A stretch of 64,000 nt of DNA from Acanthopagrus schlegelii (Eukaryota), in the NCBI GenBank assembly GCA_041753875.1, contig CM085480.1, positions 5,671,958-5,735,957 of the forward strand, written 5' to 3'. Position 1 is the first letter of the stretch. Each line of letters starts with the position of its first letter. Of the stretch, positions 49,801-64,000 are shown in pieces. The translations under genes and the position numbers were made by a program. The notes under the pieces were generated by a model. That model saw only the letters and a list, made by a program, of their open reading frames with translations, was not told where the DNA came from and did no database searches.

Positions 49801-52243
49801 CTAATTAATCATACATATTTAAGCATGACAATGACAATAATGAGATATTTAAAGGCAGCACATGAATAGAAATTCAGAAGTAGGAATGCATCATCCTGTG
49901 AACAGTGCGAATGGACACACATTATGCTCCTTGTTCGCTTTTCTTTCTGTATCGGAAGGACTGAAATTACTGTTTTTTTAATTTTTTCATTAGTTTGCTC
50001 ATTGACAGCTGTTACCCTAAACCAATCAGAGCTGTATAACTGGGATTAAGAATGGGGACGGCATCTTCTTATATTGCTAGGTTGCAAAATACATTAAAAG
50101 AAACAACAAAAAAAAGTTGACAAGCGTCAATGAGAATTAAGGATTTGAAACATAATGTGGCATCCCTTCCCCACCACAGCGAACACTGGGCACTTATTAA
50201 TATTATTCATTTAGAACAGTCTCAAAATACATGTATGCACTGGTGAATTTTGCTTCCAGTTACAATAAACATTCTTGAAGTTCATATCTAAAATGTACAT
50301 GCAGTAAAAGTCCCCAGACTAAATAGCTATATAGTTACTGAACCTGCCTCAACACTCTCCTCTGCCCTTGAGTGCACTTAGTATGTATGACCGGAGCTGA
50401 GGAGGAAATGAGGAAACGTTTTTACAGAGTCCACATAGAGAGGAGGTCACATGGATGTATCAGCGTTACTGCATACGGCACAGACACTCAGTCTCAATAC
50501 CAGTACATCCTTCACAGCAGACATTAGGACTCTTACAGCAGGAAAAGCACTAGTGGAATTTATGACATTAATGATGGCTGCATTCCATTTATGCAAGCTT
50601 GTTCCAAGACTCTGATACACGGCACGTTCACTAACTGTCTTGGCTTACTGGGACCCCAAACTGAATGGAGCCGTCATTAACATTACTGGTCTTACCTATG
50701 CTTCTCCCGCTTTGACAAGGTAAAATGTCTGCAGTGGAAAGCGTCTGTTTGTTCCAGGGTGGTATTGTGGTATTCAACAAAAATGTCTGCTGCGGCTCAA
50801 AAATCCCTTCCAACTGGAAACCAGGTCATTTTTTTTGTGTTTTTATCATGGAATTTTTATCCATTATGGTTTAATATTTGTAAAATGACCTGCTGTAGAT
50901 GACCGTCATCTCTCCCCGTGTGGAGAAGGAGTGCGTAGAATCGTCATCGAAGCAGAGCATTGTGCTGCTGAACAGCACTGATAGCAAGACATATTTCAGC
51001 CCACCTAAAATATATACATGTGTGAGCGCACACTTTGTTTTCAACATTTGTGGCACTTTACATATAAGTGCTAAAAGAAAGAAAGCAGACTTATTGCTAG
51101 TTGCAGTGTCTTATTTTGAGTTGCAGACTTTTTTAATTTTTGGTCTCAATGACTGTCTTTATTAGTACTTAATTTAATATGATTCACTGAATATAAAAAT
51201 GATTTGTCAAACTGAGTTCAATGTATCCATTAGTGCTTTTTTATTCAGAAAAAAACAGTTTTAACATCTACTTTGTATTTGTTTACAGGGCAGACCTGCA
51301 ACATCCAATATAGCGGACGCGCTCTCGTATTACAGAAACGGGGCAACATGGTTAATGCAGCATCTACGTATTCATGTCTATGGTGATAAGCGCCTCATAC
51401 AATCACACGTCGAAAGACCACAACCATCATTTTAAGTGTCATGTAGCTAGAATTCAAAGGTTCTTCCAAAAGCACATTAGTGAACTTTTTGACACTTACA
51501 AATGCATTTACAAACATGGTATGGAAGAACACACAAAGAACAACAGTCAGTGGAGTAACACTGAAATACACTGGCTGCTCCACGACTTAACACTGTGATT
51601 GGAGAGCCAGATAATTGCTCTCCAATTCTCATTCCTCAGTTTTAGAAAGTGTAATCACGCCTACGTGTTACCACGGCAACACACGCAGATCGGTTGGCAA
51701 TTTTCTAGACACGAAAATCGGATCTGATCACTGACAAATAATAGTGTGGACCCGCCATCTTTCAGATCTGATTTGAGAAACAAACCAGATTTGCATGCAG
51801 CACGTGGACTTCAAAAATTGCTTCCACGTCAGGGAGAGACCGCCACAGTTCCAGCAGCAGTTAAGCTGCCAATCATGCTTAGAGACCAAAATTATGCCGG
51901 CGTACAAACTGTGATCATTTCTTTGTTTTGATCCATTCATCGTTTAATGTGAGATAGATTTTAAAGGAAATAAGCTGTTGTCGTCATGCAATAGAAGTTC
52001 TAAATGATTTATGCATCTCTGCAGATAATTAAGGTTGGCCAATTTTATTCTTTTTTATGAACAAGTAAACAACAGTGGTGATCAAAATGGAAATCCAACA
52101 AACCTCTGCGCTGACAACCAAATAAACTCTATGCCCTACAAAAACACAAAACTGTGTCAGTTATTTTTTTCAACCATTTGTCAGATAATGACATTAATTT
52201 GTCTCGTTGCTCTGGTCTTTATGTTCTGCGCTCTCTTCCTCCA

Positions 52244-52331
52244 GCTCCCTTTGACCTCGACTGGATGAGGTGGCTGCAGATGTTGATGCCTGTGGTTCTG
52301 CAGGAGTTTCTGCAGGGTATTGATCAAAAGG
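52244..52331 (+). CDS. Candidate terminal coding exon (..PFDLDWMRWLQMLMPVVLQEFLQGIDQKDFT*) after a strong polypyrimidine/AG acceptor
   Basis: The acceptor tctgcgctctcttcctccag|CT precedes a 29-codon open frame that ends at TAG. No homolog recognised. Confidence 0.12.
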
Positions 52332-53264
52332 ACTTTACGTAGTCTTAGGTATATCCTCTCACACTGGCTATAAAGGTTCTTTCAGCTTTGTTTCTCATGG
52401 CACTGTGCGAGGCTGGAAAGAATTTCCATTCCGCAGCTGTTGCTTTCCCACCTTCTGTTCACATGCCAGCTTTCGGAGAGTCCGATCCTGTTCAAAGCAT
52501 TTTTAAAAAGGAGGCGACAGCAAGGGCCGGAATCACCAGTCATACAATGAACAGGATATCGGTGTACAATTTATATCAGTACTTTATATATTCTTTTTTT
52601 TCTTTTTACCCTGTATCTCATTTTCATGTTCTCCATTTCATTTTGGCTTGCTCACTAGAAACAGCAACATTAAGTTTCATTTCATGGAGAGAATCCAGAA
52701 ATGGCTCTTTAATTGTACTGCCTGCGATGCCAGGAGTCAGGATGCCCAGGTCCTAAACTTTGCCTGCTACTTGGCACGATTACACCCAACCCCGAACCCT
52801 GTCCTGCATGTGAGGGCCCTACGTCACTTTATCAAGCTGAGCTGAACCGAGCCCCATGGATAAAGGTCGCCTCCCAGCTCTGGCTCCAGGAGAGGGCTGC
52901 GGTTTCTCCATTCCTTTTCTTTTCATATGGAGTCTTCGCACCAATCTTAGTCTGTCCCCCCCCCGAGACCAACTGCCCTTGTGAGACCCTACCAGACTTG
53001 CTTATACCATGGTCACTGCTCGAAGAATATAAACAGTACGTTTTTATTTAAAGCTAAATGTTTTATATTCAATAGATACCAGATTATCACAAGGCTATAA
53101 TAGGGAAACAACCTTACTCTCCTCAAATGTATTTTGATGTACTTCTGTGGTCATTTTGGTGAAAGTAACATAAAAGTAAATGCCTAAACGTCCGTCTAAA
53201 TATTTATTCATCGTGATATGGCCAGTAAAGAATCAAGTAAATTCACAAACTGTTCATGTGACTG

Positions 53265-53793
53265 TTCTCACTGTTGGAATTTAGAGAGGAGGTGAGGACC
53301 CACATGCAGAAACACAAGGGAGACAGGCAGGAAAAGGAACTAAAGATAAGCTTTTAATGAAAACTCAAAACCATGAAATACAAAAAGGGGGCAAAGAAAA
53401 GCTAAGACAAAGTACCAACTAAGAAGAGCAACGTACAGCCATGGAAAACACAAGAAAATAAAGCAGAAAAATAATGCTAGGGATAAAAGAACAGAAAATA
53501 TATCATGAGGGGGGGAACGTGGGAGACACTGGAGGAAACAGGCTGAGGTGAAACACGATGAAACACAGGAGACAACGGAACGATCCGACAAAGACAAGAG
53601 GGAGCACAAAGGCTATATACACACCAACACACTAATGAGAGGATGAGGTGCAGGTGGAGGCGAGGCGGGGAACGGAACGGAACACCGCTTGAAGGAGGGA
53701 AATCACACGGTGGGAGGAACTGAAAAGCAACACCCGACACACGAGGGCACCATTTCAAAATAAAACAGGAACAACAAAGCCGCGATCATGACA
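53265..53793 (-). repeat. Solo LTR of the 9148-family, inverted orientation
   Basis: It ends ..gcgatcatgaca, the reverse complement of TGTCATGA. It begins ggaggtgaggacccacatgcagaaacacaaggg, similar to the reverse-complemented LTR 3' end. The block atatacacaccaacacactaatgagaggatgaggtgcaggtggaggcgagg matches the family. Confidence 0.6.
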
Positions 53794-56533
53794 CTCACAT
53801 GTACAGGAGATGCCATTACAGTGTCACTTCAGTCTTAACAGCTTTTGGTTCGGATGTGTGTGTACACCGCTATTAAATATTAAATAATTTAAATTTAAAT
53901 CATTTCCAGTAATGTAAAGGTTCCCATGTTTTCGCACAGCTGAAAGAAAGTGTCACGTCGGCACCCTCAGTTTTACTCATTTTACTCCCTCGGTCCATCT
54001 GTCATGCCCGGCTGTCACTAACCTCTCCTGTCATTGCAGAGCTTGCCATTCTGCACCTTTCCAGGGGTTGCACTCAAAGTATTACATTCGCCTGATCCCC
54101 ACACATGCCCCCTCATTAGTCACTCAGTATATTACCAGCCACTTTTCCCCCACTTCTCCGCCATATCACATTGTCCTCTGCAGTTCTAGTGCTCCAGTAA
54201 ATGTCTTTATAAACATCAAGTGATCTGTGCTTGAGTCCTGGTTTTGAATCCTCACATCTGGGTTCAGAAACATTACAGAAAGACTAAACTATGAACAATA
54301 ATGCAGCAAAGTCATCCACGCAGTCATTGTTCTGACTTAGGAAACGTCGGGCTTTCATCCTCACAGGGCGGCGGTGTCTTGTTGATCACGATTCCTTACA
54401 TGTCTCATTTCTAATTCTTTCTCTGTCGGCTTGCTATGGTTTCCCCCCCATTTATTATGCATCTCTTTTGATGAGTGCAAGTGTTGCTGATAGGGGACCA
54501 CACATTTCCATATCCCTCCCACTTTAATACGGAGTGAAAGAATGACTGCACGGTTCACTAATGGTCTTGTCTTGAATCTGCAGACACGCTGTACATTTGG
54601 ACCATAAAATCTTTGGATTCCATTTGCAATTCCCCACTGCTAAAGCCCTGCTGAGCTGACACACTTTCTCTGTTTTACTAATGAAAAGCGAAAGGCATGA
54701 AGTCCTATATGGACTCTAAATGGAAGAAGGATTGAACAATGTATTATCAAACTATTATGTGCATTGATAAAGTAAGGTTTTTGTAAATCCACCGAGATTA
54801 AACCATTCCTTTAAATATACTGTGTCAAAACACAATGCTGGAGGGGTGAAATAAATGATATAATTATGTATTCTGGAGTAACATGGTATTCAAGCTCGTA
54901 CTGGCCCATATTACTCTAATCACGAAACATTATGTGGAAATTACAGTTTCTCTTATTTCTAAGAGTTACTGACTATTTTTATGGTTGAGGCTGCTGATCA
55001 TTTTCACAGAATTGCTCTAATGTAGTTAATGTGTTCATCAGGGGCAGCAGGGCACGTTAATCTTTATAACGCAGGGACAAAGTTATCTGAGGCTATTTAG
55101 GTAATTCTTCATTTTACAGATCTGTAAATTCAGTGGGAAAGTGGGTGGTAGTGACCAATGACTCCCCAATTAAAACAATTTTACCTCAGAATGTACAAAA
55201 AATTACTCCAATATTTTCAATAGTGATAATGGGATGTTTTCTAACGAGCAATAAATAGCCGGTGATTTCTAGTTTCTGTCCAACTCCCCCCTCAGCGGGC
55301 CACTACATTGGACTGAGTCCAATTTCCCGCTAGTTAATTATTATCATTATTATTATTATTTTTAAGCCTCAATAGACAATAAGGAAGGAGACTTTTAAAG
55401 TGGGACATTAGTAAATTGGCTCTTCTTGTATTAGTCTGTAATTAGCTATTGAAAAGACACTATTTGGAATACATTTCTAAAGTTGGACTAACTGCTGAAA
55501 ATAATACAGAAATTGGTGAGAACTGTAAAAAAAAACATAACTTAAATTTAATGACCTTGACAGAAATAAGATGAAAATGATGTTGCGACACCTCACTTCA
55601 ATGTAGCGGCCTGCTGAGGGGAAGGGAGACAAAAAGTGGCTGGAAGTTTCCTCAAAATGTATTAAATAAATTACTGCTTATGGGAAAATAGAGGTACATT
55701 ATTGCAGCAACATTATGTATCCCTTTTACCACAAAATAACAGCTTCAGATTCTTGTTGATAGTACAGTGTCTTGTAAGAGGGTGAATCACAGGCTGATAT
55801 TGAACTAAGAAAACAGAAAACACAAGTTCTTCGTGCCAAAGGCTGGTAAAACTTCTAAGTCTGAAATTGATAGGGTTGATCAGACATTGCTAGATTTGTT
55901 ATTCATTATAAAACTATTAAGAGAACAGTGTCAGAGTTAAGCTTCAGATCAATGTTTTTAATCAAAAGGGTAAAAGACCTATTTTTAACAAGGTTTTAAT
56001 TGACTTTAATGGATAGACTTAAGTTGGCTATCCAGTGGGAATTTTCATTTATCACGAGTGCCAACGCACATTTCACACAGATGAAACTTGCACTCGTGAA
56101 AAGGTACATTGAGTGTGACGGATCCTCATTTCAGCCAAGTAGTCGATCAACCCTAATGACTACCATGACTTCATGATGCCAGATAGCATGGCAATGAATT
56201 CAGTCGCTGCAAAAACATATCAATGGTGGCCATGAATGTCAACCTCACAGTGGTGCAACACAGTAAGTCAGGGGATGAGTCTGTCAGACGAATCCGTACA
56301 ATTTCTCCAGTCGTCTCTACTCAAGTTTAAATGGCAATCCATCAGACTGTTGTTGAAATATTCAATCGTATAGTGGTAGTGGACTGGCTGACTGTCAGAC
56401 AGACAGACAGAGAGAATATTGACAGGACCAGGGCAACATGAGGAAAACAACACAACAAGTACAGGACAGTTTAAAAAGGCCCAGCCAGAGCATAAAAGAA
56501 CAAGGTGACATTAGGAGTCTGGTGGCGTGTTGT

Positions 56534-56534
56534 G

Positions 56535-56570
<36 letters not shown>
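56534..56570. repeat. (TG)n microsatellite
   Basis: Direct read. Confidence 0.9.
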
Positions 56571-56571
<1 letters not shown>

Positions 56572-59500
56572 CTTGTTTGACTGAGTGTGTGTGAGTGTGT
56601 GTATGGTCATGGTTAAAGAAACCACATCAAATGTCCATAATAAAGAGGAAACAGAGACTTTGACACAAGTAATGCAGTCATGCTTTTCATTCCCTTCAGG
56701 GTTTGTGGTGCTCTTAGCAACATCACACGACTTCTACACATTATTGTTCCTCCACAGACGATAATTCAGTTTCAGCTCATGCTGCGGCTAGAGGTCGTTC
56801 TCAGGTTAAAGTAAATATAGGTCATACTGAGGTTATTGAGGGCTTTGAACAAAGAAGAAATGCTGTTTCTGTTTGGTGAGGTAACTCTGGCAGCTCCATG
56901 TAGTAAGTGCATCTTTGAGATTGCACATTTTCGTACAGTTTCCACATGCACGATGTTACTGAATTTTGAAAAAAAGTATTTAACCAGAATAGGCAAGACG
57001 GTTTCAAACAGGATCAGTGAACATGGTGCAGTAACACAACAGAGGAGGAAAAACACCTCTCTGGAGAATGGCTGGGAAGAGAAAGATTTCAGATGCCTGA
57101 TCTGAGAAAAATAAAATACAAAAACATGAGATCAGGAAATAAACCAAGAGCATCTGAACAACAAACTGTAAAAACCAAACCTGACTCCAACCACACGAGC
57201 CAGAACTTTTTCATACTTTACTTTCTTTAGCAGGAAAAAAGGTTACCGCTCAGTTGAGTTTGCTCTTTGTTCTTGCAACGTGGGAACTCGCGTCTCAAAG
57301 TTGAACCATCTTGAAATGTTTTACAAGGTACCTTTTATGAGCCCAGAAGAACTCTATCAAAGCACTCCTCACCGTCTTTATTCTATCTTGTATTGTTTTT
57401 GCAGAAAAGAACCTTCGGAGGTAAAATCCCACTGGAAACTGCAGGAGTTTAGACGTGCGTTATTAAATTTGCCTCAAACCTTTGTAGAAGAATTAAAAGG
57501 AATCAACTGGAGGAATTCCTCTGTAGGGAGATTTAACTGAGATTTGTAGGTAATATTTGCTGTAAAGGCAAATCAAAGTTACAGACATAATAGCGTCTGC
57601 ACGCAGAGACCCTGGGGATCCACGGCTCCCAGATCAGTTTGTACCACTTTGATACCACTAGAAGAAGACAACCTGATTGTGTTTAGTCTGAGAATTCAGC
57701 CCTGTGTGTTCACTTTGAAGACAAAATAAACACCGAAATCAGAGAGGTCTCATGTTCTGTACAGTGTATACAGCGACAGTCTATTTCCTTGTGAAACATA
57801 CAGGAACAAATGAGATACCTTTGCCTTGACTCTGATGAATCTAAAGTGTAATACAGTTTATTCTTTTATTATCTGAATGGTTTGTGAAATTATCAGAGGA
57901 TTTGTATGAGCCACTCTGACGGCAATGTGAAACGTCTCTACTATAACGGATGGATTGCTTTGAAATTTGGCGCTGCTCTCCAGCCAGGAGAGGAATTCTA
58001 ATGACTCTGGTGATCTCCTAACATTTCTTTTAGGACGACCAGACGGCCAGACGTTTTTGTTTTGTTTTTTCATCCAGCGATAAAACATCTCCAGACATCT
58101 AAACATCTAACCAATGATGATTTAGTCCAGAAATCCATGCTTCCTTGACTATGTATCCCACCAGACACCTTAAACTAATAACATTCCCATCATCCTCAGC
58201 AGCACTTGTTTTTAGCGCACGTTAGCAAATGTAAGCATGTTACACCACACGTGATGAACATACTAAACAATTATACCTGCTGTAACATCACCGTGTTAGC
58301 ATCAGTGTACTTCTATATTCACATTTATGAAAGCTTACAGAGGTGAACGAAATGGTGAAGTGCCACATTGCACCATGCAGTGTAGGCAATAGTGTACTGA
58401 AGACGTTTGAAAAATGTCTGTTGATATTTTTATATATCTTATTGGTTAAATGATATAACATTTGTTCATGTTCATCAAGTCCATAAACAGAGGCTCCATG
58501 TTGCTATGGTGAACATCATAGTTTACATGTTGTGCTAATCTGTTGTGCCACTATGATCCCCTAATGACACAAATATATATCAAGTAAAAGTTAAGACAGG
58601 AAATCAGGCAACAAACACAAAAAAACAGGGTGTACAGAAACCCGATCGTGCCTGCAGCTGTCCAAGTAAGCCTTGCTGCTATAAGCAGTTGCATGGTAGA
58701 TACACATCCATAGCTGCAGGGCAAAGAGGGATTTTTGTGGAAGTGTGTAGGAGGGCTGTTTAAAGGAGGTATGCTCTCGAGGTGAGGGGGTCGTGAGAGG
58801 GTGCAGTATTTCTTCTTTTAGCGCGTTCTTTTTAAAGCTTATGAAAAGGGACAGATCAGGGAAATGCTGAACACCACTCTCCAACATGCTGGATTTATCT
58901 CCGCTTCATCTCATCAGCCTGAGAGCGTCTGCGTGGTGAAGGCCGATATATAAAAAAAGGACAGAGCTCCTCTCCGAGGTTCGGGCACCGAAAATAAATA
59001 TTTCTAATATGGTTTAGTTTAATTCCCCATTTGCTGACCATATAATACACTTTGGTATGATATATTTCTTATCACCTCAGCTGTCATTGTGATTTATAAA
59101 TAATATACTGTAGTTCTAAGTCAGCAAGGTGCTGCTGGTCTGGTTTGGAAAATACTGACCTTGGTATTTGATATTAACACCACATCAGTGCTGTATATAA
59201 GGGCCTAATAGGGCCCTGTCTGATGATGAATAGCACTCACTGTTCACTGGGCTGACCTATAACGCGTTGGACACACTGGGGAGTCCAGAGAAGAGAAAGC
59301 TAACCTCCCAGCTCATTTACTGTAGCCTTAGGTTGCCTTCACACCTAACCTGTTTCGGTAAGCTTCAACTGAACTCGTACATTTTCCCATAGAGTTTTAT
59401 TCCGTCTGACGTGTGTGAGAACTCTGGTGTAGTTCCTTTGTGCTGTGAAAACACAGTGTGTATGATAATGGATGACTGCGCGTGTTTACCCCTTGTGGTT

Positions 59501-62500
59501 CATTTGTGATAAGTCAGACGAACTTAAAGGCAACACCGCGTCATTTTCTTTCCTTGGTTGAGCGCAAGTGACCCAAACTACAGGTGTGAAAGGCCCATTT
59601 AACAACCATCGCTCAGGATTAATTGGATCGACTGTGTTCAGAACATTAGAACCGCTGACAGGTAAAGTGAGTAACATTGATCATCTTGTTGCAATCAGCT
59701 GTTCTGCTGGGAAATCTTGGGTCCTGGCATTAATTTGAATGCCACTTGACATGCATCACCCACACAAACTCCATCACAAGCACATCCACACATGGCAGCG
59801 ACACTCTCCGATGGCGGCGGCTCCGCCATAAAACGCTCAGGAATGGCCAAAGAAACGTGACCAAGAGCTCGAGTTGTCGACACGTCTTCCGAATTCCCCA
59901 GATCCCAATCTGACTTAGCATCTGTAGGATGTGCCCGAACCAGTCCGATCCACTGCCGTGGGGGAGTTCTCTTGCCATGAGGGGATATACTGGGTCCATT
60001 TGGATGGATGGTGCATGTCACCCCAAGGTTTCCCAGGAGAACACTGCACTGTAAAAAGATGATCCATATTATTTACCTCACCGTCACATCAGTGGTTTGA
60101 ATGTTCTAGCTCATCAGTGTACATTTCTTATGATATGCCCACTGATCATTTAAGCAGACATGTTGCTCCCTGATCACAGCTGAAGAAAAAGTAAAAGCTA
60201 CCCATAAAAAATCCAGACACCAAAGGTAGACTTTAAATGATGATGATATTTGGGGGCACCATGAGGTTAAACTAAAGCTGTCGTTTATATTTACTCTGAG
60301 TGAGAATGTTCTTTATGAAACAGGAGGGACACACCAGTGAGTGCTTTGGTTTGAAAGAGATAAAAAAAAAAAAGAAGAAGAAGTGCTCTAATGTGTTCAA
60401 CAGAGAAATCCAGGCTTAATCGATTCGACTGAACTGAGACACTGGGCGGCTTTCGCACCAAACCACTGGGCTTTTTTTAGGGTCTGTTTATACAGTCGGG
60501 GCAGTGGAAGAACAAAAACAACTTGGTCAAGAGTGTTGCTTTTATTTCAGCCCGAGTTCAGATGAACTAAATATCTTGTGGCAATCAATGCGTATCGATC
60601 AATCCCCCGAAATGCTTTTATTTCAGGCGTAGTGTGGGCTAAATTGAACAGCGGTGTGTCGTTAATGGAGAGAAAGGGGGGAGAATAGGACACTGAGCCG
60701 TACGAGGCTGCTTTGTGTTTCTACCTGACCTCTCTGAACTCATAGTGCTGTTCTGCTTAATGAAACAGGGAATGCAAGAGGGCATGCTTTTAAGACTTAC
60801 GGCTTGTGGTTCGATAACATTTTTCAAAACTGTTCAGAACTATTGAGTTCACATATCAAGACTGAATCCCGCTGCTGTTTGTTTTTGTTGGCGGAGAGGC
60901 CACCAGCCAGGTTTGCTGCGGTTGTGTTTTTGCCAAATCAAAGCCGATTCTGAAAAATAAGAAGAGAGAAAAAGAAAACTCGTGGCATCGGCATCAACTA
61001 CTCAATTTCTTATTTAAAACACAGAGTTTAGTCCTTCAGCGATCACACCCCTTGAACGCCACAGGAGGCCTCCTGTACACCACAAGCTGAGGAAGACTCT
61101 GGCCCTCTGAACTCACTGATGTTCCGCTTTACTACTTTGTATCACAAGCGATCATCTGAAATCTCACCCACTGTTCAACTGGCTACTTCAGGCTGTTAAC
61201 TGGCCAACAGCACACATGGACTATTATTATTAGATCACATTGCTACATTATTTGTTCATTATAATTAATATTGATTTGGAGACAATGACATGTCTGGTCA
61301 GCTCGCTTGTCTTGTTCTTAAACATAGAAACAGATTTACTTTTTGCCAACCATACGCAATGATATTGACTTTGAATTTTGCTAGCATGACGTTTTTCGGC
61401 TCACAGCTATGACAAAAGGCTCAGCCTTTTACTTGAGTGGTGAAAGTTTCCATTGCATAAGAACCAAATAGTATGGTAATGATTGTTCAGGCTATTAGTT
61501 AAACCCTTAGCTGTTCCCAGGCAAAAAGCTTGAATATTTTACATTTCAATCACAAAACATATGAAAAGAAAATCAAATGGTCTTAATTTCAGTTTCCACA
61601 TCATCCAATAATTCCTCATAACAGACACCTCTTCAGACATTATCCTTTACATTTTTTTTTCTTTTTTGTCAAGTTCTTCGAAGAAATGGAATTGGTTCTC
61701 AAATTACACTACATTGATACTTTTTTTCCAATATTTATGGTGGTAGCTATGTAGAAGTTAGTTGATACAACAAATGCTATAAATGTTCTCTAACATCTTT
61801 AACTTAATGGCGTTTTGTCTCTCTTTGTCAAATGAATAACACTGCGAGAGCAGGAAGGTGGAGAAAGAGTCTGTGTAACCACAACTGTGCAAGAGTGTCC
61901 AAAAAGAACAGTTTCACTTAATGAATAGAGAAAAGTGAACCAGATGAAGTGATACAAAAAGAGCTTAAAGCCCAAACATCTGCCATAAATACAATGTCAG
62001 CTGAAACACAACCACTTGCTGGGAGCAGGGCACAGGGAGTTGGTGTGTGAGACAACTAACCACTCTGATGTCTGACTAGCACACCACTGACTCAAACAGC
62101 GTTAGCCCCTGATCACACACAGACATGTCGCTGTAGGCGCTTCAAACACACCTTGGAAAAAAGCGTGTTTTGGGCAGAACAGTGTGATGCGCCTGTGGAG
62201 CCAGGCTGCGTGTGCACCTGGGAAACTGTATGGTAATTAACAGAAAGCGAGTTCAGTCCGGTCAAAGACCAAGCGTGTTTATGTCATCTGCACAGTTAAA
62301 GAAACAAGTTTCCCTGTACAATGATGTTGTTCCTGTGACTTCCACTCTGAATGCTCTTTTACAATGAAAAACACCAATCAGACTTTCATTGTGGTGGTCA
62401 CTGTCCAGCTGGGGTGCCATAGAGTTTTAGCGCCGAGCTAACTTGGATGAGGATAAAATGATTTAATCAGGCAGTTCTTCTCGACTTTCCAAATGTGATT

Positions 62501-64000
62501 AGACTAAGTTGCCCAAATTCTGACATTAAAACTGATCATTTCAGGGGGGTTGTGAGGCTTTTATTACAGTTTTAAAGACGCATCTTTCACAATGTTAGCT
62601 TTTTGGAAAAAGTCCCCAGTGCATCATATGACGATGTAGTTACACTGCTTGGCCACGCCCCAAAACTAGCTTCAAGGCCAGGTGCTCTTTGCAGGGGCTT
62701 GATCTTGGCCAGCCCTTCTTTGTAGAGGAAGTTACGGTAAAGCCAACCACATTAAATAGTCCTCCTCCTCTTCTTTGTTGGTTTTGCCAGTGGATTAAAA
62801 AACAATATTCAAAAAAGTTGAACACTTCTAAGAACTACTAGAAAAATGCAACATGCAGTCCAAGAGAGGAGCACAGGCCTGGTGCGCTGTGATGAAAACA
62901 AAGTTTTACCAGCCATGCTTTTCTACACTTTGTGGATCAAATCCCTGGCTCTCTCCCACTTCTCTGACACTGAGGAACAGTTAACCAGGAGAGACAAAGT
63001 ACATCCGAGGCCATGATAACTAAGCTTTTAGACCTTAATATAACATTTCCCGTGTTAGAGCTAGCAAACTTCCTGCAGCCTGACCTCTATTCCTTGTCAA
63101 ATTGTGGTAGTTCCCCCTTCTACAGTTCCTGTTGATCAGTCTCTTCCATCAGCTGACCTTTTCTATGGAATCTCAACATCTCCCACACTGGCAGGCAAAC
63201 TCTTTGCGGGTGCTGGTTGCGCATCTCGTCTGGTCTGCAGGCTCTGACATGACTTTGCGATGCAGTAATAAATTATGCAACGTAGCCACACACTGTAGTA
63301 TTAACTAGCTCGCTAACTGTTACTACATTGTCTTTTTTTGTCTGTTGTATGCCGGAATCAAGGTGCAAGGTTGATGTGATTTTTTACACAATGTCACTAT
63401 TTATTCTCACAATTATCGTCAATATCAGCTTTTTTGCAACACCCCAAACTGATACATTCAGTATTTTGCAGTTGGGTAGATTTGTTAATTACTAACACCT
63501 CCTCGTGGTTTTTGGATGCCACTGCATTTCGATTTTAGATGTATTTCCTGTTGTATATGAGTCTTATTCCTAGTAAACAGGGTTGACCCTGAAGGCGAGT
63601 TCAGACAGACAGTGAACCGAATTAGCTGGAAACTAGCTGGAAACATTCACACCTACTATGTCTGGTTGTTTTCTCCCCCAGTTTTTCTCCATACGTTTAT
63701 GAAGCAGATTCCCAAACCCCTGGGATAAGAGCTCAAGGTAAATCATTTCACAGACACGTTTTTCATATCAGTTTGCCCAGCCTGGGGAAATCCACATCTA
63801 ATCACATCTTTCCATTGAATTTGTATGCAGTCACGCCACTGGTGAAATCGGCCTCGCGTTTTGTCTGAATACCTAGTAAAAATGGGGCATCGATGGCATC
63901 TTTCAAGACAACATAGACTTACAATTATTCATCCTCTCAAATAGAAAAAGTTGTGCAAACATGCTTAATAAGTAAACTATAAAGCAAGTACAATAGAAAA

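Noticed and set aside
59200-63900. Recurring short words (gagttcag, ttcacacct, ggcggctttcgcacc) across 59.3, 60.4, 62.2 and 63.6 kb suggesting another dispersed repeat family
   Set aside because: The matches are short and not clearly collinear by eye. A real repeat cannot be separated from chance similarity without an alignment tool.
1-64000. Prokaryotic-style novel system (defence island, operon, toxin-antitoxin, etc.)
   Set aside because: The window is vertebrate-like DNA. ORF density is low, with few ORFs above 150 aa outside repeats. It is rich in microsatellites, SINEs, LINEs and LTR/DNA transposons, with splice-site consensus sequences and poly-A/T tails. I therefore did not force a prokaryotic-style system call onto it.

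Overview
This window is vertebrate DNA that resembles a teleost-fish genome, not a prokaryotic locus. It carries abundant microsatellites ((GATA)n, (CA)n, (TG)n, long poly-T/A runs), tRNA-derived SINEs, intron-like splice signals and a dense patchwork of degraded transposable elements. I see no operon-like gene arrays, no CRISPR array and no bacterial defence-type system; most ORFs in the six-frame track are artefacts of low-complexity or repeat DNA. The window is a TE-rich intergenic or intronic region. Recognisable elements, by position: a truncated Tc1-like DNA transposon with its terminal inverted repeat; a structurally complete, apparently very young non-autonomous LTR retroelement at 9148-12559 (identical LTRs, 5-bp target-site duplication, polypurine tract, internal arrays with periods 30/48-54/42 bp); three further inverted copies of the same LTR family at about 23.8, 45.3 and 53.3 kb; a DIRS/Ngaro-like retroelement 3' fragment (RNase H tail plus tyrosine recombinase); two copies of a hAT-like element with BED-finger and transposase remnants; an L2-type LINE 3' tail; a second LINE ORF2 C-terminal CCHC fragment; a Penelope-like element fragment (RT tail plus GIY-YIG); a piggyBac-like transposase pseudogene with a nested SINE fragment; and tRNA-derived SINEs. 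Candidate host sequences are few and weakly supported: a compact minus-strand ORF for a signal-peptide-bearing cysteine-rich peptide with TATA-like and AATAAA signals (1843-2251); a TATA-to-ATG-to-donor first-exon candidate (6376-6612); a fragment resembling a D-2-hydroxyacid dehydrogenase (GRHPR-like) pseudogene (about 44.0-44.25 kb, minus); and a possible terminal exon near 52.24 kb. All homology statements come from remembered family signatures, not from database searches.
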